Made by a program: the position numbers and the translations under genes. A stretch of 64,000 bases of DNA, taken from NCBI GenBank assembly GCA_027923505.1, contig BROI01000011.1, positions 372,001 through 436,000 on the forward strand. The letters run 5' to 3'. Positions 58,305 through 64,000 of this stretch are shown here, one piece after another. This DNA comes from Mayamaea pseudoterrestris (Eukaryota). A model generated the notes under the pieces. That model saw only the letters and a program-made list of their open reading frames with translations, searched no databases and was not told where the DNA came from. How positions within the stretch are numbered: the first letter of the stretch is position 1; each line of letters starts with the position of its first letter.

Positions 58305-58499
58305 AATAATTTCATGGACCCAATGGCTCAGTTCCTCTAAAAGGAAATAACTCCCATTTGCATCAATGGCATCAAACTGTACAAGGAGTTGCCATTATGC
58401 TATACGTTAGCAAGTGAATGGCCCATCACTTCTAGATTATTGGTGCAGTAAGGGCAAATTTGGTGACTCCATGGATGTTGCTGTGGATTGCTGCCTTTG

Positions 58500-59250
58500 G
58501 GACATTTACAGCACCAGACAAAAATGATTTCCAACTTTGTGGCTGTCCGGCACCACACTAAATCACGGAATCTTTATCAGGACTTGCCCCTCTTGCCTGC
58601 AACTCCCTACAACAATCCTAGTCACAGAAACGGTGGACCATTTGTATACCTATCCAGGAGCTGATATACTTTGGACTGAGCACATGGAGGAACTGGACAG
58701 CAAGCTTGTTCACCTTGGTAACCTTGGCCCTTTTTGCATTGCAATTGTGGAGGCCTCAAAGTATGGCATTCACACTCTGCTCTGCCAGTATATGCCACGG
58801 CATCAATCCAGGCTGTGCTCACTGCCCAGAACCACCTTAAGTGGCACGCAGCCTTTGAGGGGTGATTCACCTGGATGGCAGCAGCGCAGGAACATTACTA
58901 CCACCGTTCCAATGCTAAACCATATCATAATGGGAGATGCTAGTTGTCTCAATTTATTCTCATACTATTTGAAATATCTTGTATGTGGTTGCAGCGCAAC
59001 GATGCACTCCACCAACGGGAATCTCTGGTATTAAAATACTGTATCTCTGCCGGAAAATTGACACTGAACTCACCTTGGCCACTCCAAAATTACCTGATTG
59101 CGGCTACTCATGCAACCTGGGAAATCACATTTTCAACTACACCTACCTACACAAATTAAAGCCTGGCTCTATCAGATCCGCACAGAGCGTTAGCTTTGAT
59201 CACAACAAACAACAACTGAGAGGGTCGTCCAGCAGCAGCAATCACTAATG
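58500..59250 (+). mobile_element. Highly decayed LINE-like C-terminal remnant (zf-RVT-like and W..RN..LH motifs)
   Basis: CPSC....ETVDHLY...LW and MWLQRNDALH in a CpG-poor, stop-ridden stretch. Confidence 0.5.
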
Positions 59251-60400
59251 CAATGCCTGTTTTGCCCTTCTTTACAAACAATACCCAAACATGGCTAGGA
59301 GCACTCCACCAGCATGTCCAAAACCAAAAACCACTATATGTTATCTGTTCCATTGTTCTTTCATGTCCAGCCATGAAATGATGATGTGTGACAGTTGTCG
59401 GAACGAGTATGGCATTGGATTTCGCTCCGGCGTCTTCCAACTCAACCAGTAGTGCTCCGCCCTCATCTGGAATCCTACGTCTGTTGTCCCATATGAATGT
59501 ACTGCTTGTGTCGTCTCTCAATTTGGGGTACAACCCATTCACCGGGTAGTTTCGGCTGCACTGATGGCGGGAGCAACATTAAAGCAGCGTAGGCTGCTTT
59601 GCAGATAGCTAAGTACTACAAAGTAAAGTCTATTAGCAAGCTGATTGATGTGAAATCTGCTCATACGCTATTTACATTGACTTGCAAAAGCCGGAAAAAG
59701 GATTCGCATACTCGGTATAAGTTGTCGAGGGTGGTTTGTATTGCACCCTGCACCTTGCCGAAATGGATCAATTCGTCTGACTAGAACGACAGCAGTGTTA
59801 AAGATAACCATTAGCTGATGGCTGCTACTAATATCATCATTGTTTCCATTGCAAAGTATGTCGCAACAAACCAACAATCGCGCTCTTTCCGCACGCACGC
59901 ATGTGCATCAGCTTTGGCTTGTAAAAGCAAAATGAAAAGAAGTGTCTCGTCCAGCAGCGCGAATAGCATCGAATGCAGGTTTTGACGACATCATATCGGT
60001 AGATAAGATTTGTCAAGAGGAACGGATGCCAGCAGATTATTTGCGTCGCGCAGTCTGGCACCGAGGCGCCGAATGGACAAGGTAGATACAATGAAAGGCG
60101 CCCCTTCGTTGAAGGTGGAATGCAGAGGCGCAGCAGACAGTATCCGCAATCAGCAGCAGCATGCTGCTGAATCTCGTGTCGGTGTGTTGATTAATGTTTG
60201 CTGCCGAGAATCTTGTGGATGCTTTGGTCATAATATCGCAAGCATCCTTCGGAGCGTTCGTCAGCGATGCAATGCCAGAGCCGATGCGACACATTGTTGT
60301 CCGCAGCGAGCGATCGTAGTGCAAACACCATCACACTCGTCGAAGGCAGTCATCATCATCAAGCCGCAGAAGAGTTGTTTATCCATTTGTAGTTGTTATT

Positions 60401-61070
60401 ATGGTACGGTTGCGACTCAAAAAGCAAAGTATAATGCATGCTAATTGATGGCCTCATTCATTAAAATGCGTGACTCGTGACGCTTCCTCGCTGACCACTC
60501 GCCACTCGCTCTATCCTCGCTTGCCTGTTTGCTTATCGTGACCATTTGCAATTCCTATAATATCTTCTTCTCACTCCTATTCTATATCTATGTATTTGCG
60601 ATACATAGATTCGCTTCTTTTTGCTACAAAATCGCCAAGGCAAGACGCGGCTCTCCAAGTGGTACGTTGAGCCAAACAGCAACTCTGCCTCTGGCAGCGC
60701 CAGCAATAGTCCAGAGCTTGAAAAGGTTCGAATCGAAGCGGAAGTTCATCGCCTTGTGACAGCTCGGGACAAGAAGTATACCAATTTCATTGAATACAAT
60801 AACTACAAGCTCATTTATCGAAGATATGCTGGATTGTTTTTCACCATTGCCGTCGATGTGGCGGACAATGAGCTTTGCTACTTGGAAACGATTCATTTGT
60901 TTGTGGAACTCTTGGATAGCTACTTTTCGAATGTTTGTGAACTCGACATTGTCTTTCATTTCAATAAGGTCTACAGCATTCTTGATGAATTCATGCTGGC
61001 TGGAGAAATTGAAGAAACAAGCAAGCGTGAGATTTTGGATCGCGTCAAGCTCATGGAAAAGATTGAGTAG
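60401..61070 (+). CDS. AP2S1: AP-2 adaptor complex sigma subunit; first coding exon is only the ATG (intron 60404-60608)
   Basis: ATG|gtacgg...catag|ATTCGCTTC gives [20 protein letters not shown]. Also [23 protein letters not shown] and [10 protein letters not shown]. Confidence 0.92.
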
Positions 61071-61273
61071 AATGAAGAGAGTGCAACGAAGAAGGCCAAG
61101 AAGTATTGAATCTTTCAAAATGCCTAATATCGCGTTGCTGGCTTGTATTGGCGGCCTTGTATGGAAGGCTTGACTAGGTTGATAGAGGTTTTGCAAAGAG
61201 TAATTCGTTGCAAGCGCTACATAATACAGATAATCTTGCTGTTTAATATGTACTCCTCGCCACGTCTATAATT

Positions 61274-62755
61274 CTATCTATTGCTCGTCAGCAACCTCTT
61301 TCGCTCAGTCGCAGACTTGACCAACGCCTCGTAACTAGTCGTCAAAAACGTTTCGGCTGCTTCTCGAATGGCATCCGTTGCCTTGCGCTCCTTCTTTTCC
61401 GAATCGCCCTTGAATTCACCCGCCTTGTTGCCGCGGCCTTTGCTATACTGTCCACCCGTCTCTTGCATACGACGAATCATTGCTTCGCTCAATTCATACC
61501 CTAACAAACTTGGCAAAATTTCGTGAACAAAGGCATCCGGCAAGTCCTTGTAGTCAACAGCCATGCCCTTACTACCGGCTTCATTTAACGCTTCCGAGGC
61601 AGCTTCCGTCAAACTCGCCAAATGCGCGGCGCAGTAGGCTTCCGGTGCCATGCTACCTGCTGACGCTACATGGTGCTTTCGAATGACTTCCTGAATAGCC
61701 AAGGGAGGAAATCGTTGCGTGCGCACGCAGTTTGCATACTTGACGCCGTTTTCCAGGTGACTCATCATGACTTGAACAGGTTCGCGAAAGACAAAGAGCC
61801 ATGGCGTTTCTGGAAACGCATACTGAAAGAGTCTTAGTTGCAGAGTTCCAATGGATTGAATTTTGAAAAAGACTCGCGATTCATGGACATCATCCGATCG
61901 TGACATTAAGTAAATAACATCTTGCAATATTTTGGCGGCTGTTTCTTGCGAGCAGTGTTGATAGCTGTCGCCGCAAGTGTTGCGTAGAGCGTTAATGGGT
62001 GGAGCCGACTCGCTGTAGACTCGATGTTTCGCCGGATCGGCACTGACGCAAAGGTTTGCCACCAATGTACTTCCGCATCGCGATTCGTGAAAGGCGACGG
62101 CCGTCAAATTTAAGACTTTGGGGACTTGAGTACTCATATCTGATACAGAATCTCCATGGTCTTGGTGCTTGGAATCATATTCTCGGACAGCTTCCGCGGC
62201 AACTTTGAGAGGCACCGTTCGTGGATGCGCACAATCAGGCGACTTGCTGACGAGGTCACGGAACATTGGAGTTGCACTCGGATCTTGCTTGTGTATTGAC
62301 CAGTCTAGTCGACAAAAAGAGCCATAGACGCCACTGTAATCGCCCTTGGCTGCCGTTGACAAGGACGAAGTGTCGCTGCGAATGTCGACGAGATGCAATC
62401 TGGCTTGCACAATTTGCTCCAAGACTTCTTCCGTATCTGACTTCCACGCATTCGTACCTGAAGAGTCATGACTACCTAATTTTTGTTGCATAGCGTGTAT
62501 TGGATTCGCATTGACAGCTTCACTTGCAAATTTTCGAAGACGCTGAGCAAGTTCCTGCCGACGTTGCCGATGCTCCTCAGCCTTGCTGCCTCCGCCAAAT
62601 GGTTTGAACAAAATTATAAGAACGACTAGAAAAGCCACAGCGATCCATCCTATTCGATGCATCGTCTTGCGGCGAGCAGCCCGGCCATTATTTTCCTTCA
62701 AGCCCATGCTATCTTGAGTGTCGATCGAGAAATGATCGGTTCGTGCTGCCGCCAT
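61274..62755 (-). CDS. Type II membrane protein with P-loop sulfotransferase-like domain
   Basis: N-terminal TM (IGWIAVAFLVVLIILF). FHESRCGSTL (PSB-like loop) and WLFVFREPVQVMMS (3'-PB-like). Confidence 0.75.
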   Translation of the reverse strand: MAAARTDHFSIDTQDSMGLKENNGRAARRKTMHRIGWIAVAFLVVLIILFKPFGGGSKAEEHRQRRQELAQRLRKFASEAVNANPIHAMQQKLGSHDSSGTNAWKSDTEEVLEQIVQARLHLVDIRSDTSSLSTAAKGDYSGVYGSFCRLDWSIHKQDPSATPMFRDLVSKSPDCAHPRTVPLKVAAEAVREYDSKHQDHGDSVSDMSTQVPKVLNLTAVAFHESRCGSTLVANLCVSADPAKHRVYSESAPPINALRNTCGDSYQHCSQETAAKILQDVIYLMSRSDDVHESRVFFKIQSIGTLQLRLFQYAFPETPWLFVFREPVQVMMSHLENGVKYANCVRTQRFPPLAIQEVIRKHHVASAGSMAPEAYCAAHLASLTEAASEALNEAGSKGMAVDYKDLPDAFVHEILPSLLGYELSEAMIRRMQETGGQYSKGRGNKAGEFKGDSEKKERKATDAIREAAETFLTTSYEALVKSATERKRLLTSNR

Positions 62756-62944
62756 GAATCTCGCTCGCAAGTCGACGGTTGGCGACGACGACCGAATGCG
62801 CTTGAAATGACCGATGGAACTCGAATGAACCACGATTAACAGAATGACCTTTTTACTTAACAAAATTGAATGAGGAAGGCGCTTTTCAAGAAATACGAGT
62901 TCTGGATCTTCTCAAAAAGACATTCTGACAAAATAGACTGAGAC

Positions 62945-64000
62945 ATGAAGTGTACGCGGTCAAATCGCTTCTGCGCCAAGCTCGACGGAAACATCACAAC
63001 TCCCGTGCACCAAGAAGGAGGAGACAGCATTATGAACTACCCTGCCACCGGCAAGTTCCAAGCCATGCTGTTTCTAAAGGATGCAGCTCGAGAGGCTGCG
63101 TTAGTGACTCCACCAGCGGCAAAGTCGGTTGCTGACAAAGCACGAATGCCTCGACCACGTTGCCGCACGCCCGTGGTTCGTTTCTCGCCCGACACCAAAC
63201 CAGAAGGACAAATTCGAACAGCACAGAAACGAAAATCCAATGCGTTGCTACAATCTGATCAGAAAAGCCAAAGTCCAGTCAAACAAAAAACGGTGCCAAA
63301 GGCTCGATCACCCAAGCAGCCCGTGGTTCTTTCCAAGCCAGCGCTCCAAGACACCGCCAGTCTGGACGTACTAACAAAGCTCGTTTTACAAAATGTCCGT
63401 ATTCTAAAGGAAATGGAAGCGTCTATTGATAGTAATTCTAAGCGGCGGGATAACATTGAAGCCGCCAATCCGTTTCGCCGACTAGCATTTCTTGCTCGCC
63501 ATGGCCGTCAGCCCAAGTTTTCCGATTACTTGCACGCCATGTCGGAATACAAATCAATGCACGGTCATTTGCGCGTCAAGCGCCACGAAGACTCTCGTCT
63601 CTATGAATATATCTTGGAGCTCCGGAGCGACCTCATGCAGCGCGCTAGCTTGCCACTGAGTGTAAATCGAATCCAACGCATTCAAATTCTGAAACAGCTT
63701 GGTTTGGCAGCCGAAATCGTCAGTTTTCACGGCAAACGCAAGCAACCTATGCGGCAACGAAGTAATCTAGAGTCGCTGCCGGAACAGCGCTGGTCAGACG
63801 AGTTCATGCACTTTGTTGTGGAGCCGACACTTGAAGATTATGTTCCCACGTTCGAAAGTCAGGCCAGTCGTTTGCAATGGTTACATCAACAGCAAGTCGA
63901 GTACTTTGCTGTCAAAGCAAAGTCCGACGACCCTTATACAAATATTCTGGCAAACTTTCGATATATTCTACTGAATAGTGCGGAAGAGGAAGCGAAGGCC
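62945..64000 (+). CDS. Partial gene with helicase-associated (HA)-like domain; runs off the window end
   Basis: My translation from ATG 62945 (absent from the ORF track, presumably because it has no stop in the window) contains YLHAMSEYKSMHGHLRV...LYEYILELR...RIQILKQLGL. The exact start codon is uncertain. Confidence 0.65.
   Translation, partial: MKCTRSNRFCAKLDGNITTPVHQEGGDSIMNYPATGKFQAMLFLKDAAREAALVTPPAAKSVADKARMPRPRCRTPVVRFSPDTKPEGQIRTAQKRKSNALLQSDQKSQSPVKQKTVPKARSPKQPVVLSKPALQDTASLDVLTKLVLQNVRILKEMEASIDSNSKRRDNIEAANPFRRLAFLARHGRQPKFSDYLHAMSEYKSMHGHLRVKRHEDSRLYEYILELRSDLMQRASLPLSVNRIQRIQILKQLGLAAEIVSFHGKRKQPMRQRSNLESLPEQRWSDEFMHFVVEPTLEDYVPTFESQASRLQWLHQQQVEYFAVKAKSDDPYTNILANFRYILLNSAEEEAKA

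Noticed and set aside
59156..60444. ORFs of 128 aa (59156-59542) and 144 aa (60010-60444)
   Set aside because: No family motifs. They lie at the edge of the TE-derived region and upstream of AP2S1, with too little support to call genes.

Overview
Gene-dense eukaryotic nuclear DNA, most consistent with a diatom. Support for this: short GT-AG introns (mostly about 75-105 nt), bipartite plastid-targeting N-termini, cyclase-phosphodiesterase fusion genes and CoDi-like Ty1/copia remnants. The window holds about 25 protein-coding genes: DUF6151/GFA-like protein, a bacterial/phage-type endonuclease-remnant+GNAT-like protein, two sulfotransferase-fold proteins, a TPR-like protein with an internal duplication, PPR and RAP organellar RNA-binding proteins, a divergent uricase, a Dabb protein, two divergently oriented paralogous membrane cyclase-PDE genes, PP2A B'', a POT/NPF transporter, an FAD monooxygenase, a DHHC acyltransferase, exportin-T, AP-2 sigma and a partial HA-domain gene. 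It also contains a choline-transporter-like pseudogene, a roughly 2.7 kb CACTG-bounded block carrying a decayed Ser/Pro tandem array, and a roughly 5.5 kb patch of scrambled LINE/copia fragments and tandem duplications. No rRNA, tRNA or CRISPR array was recognised. The strongest candidates for new biology are the possibly organelle-targeted prokaryote-type GNAT-like protein (3103-4338), the active-site-altered and apparently mitochondrion-targeted uricase homologue, and the cyclase-PDE pair with reciprocal intron differences. All family calls come from motif recognition by eye, with no database searches.
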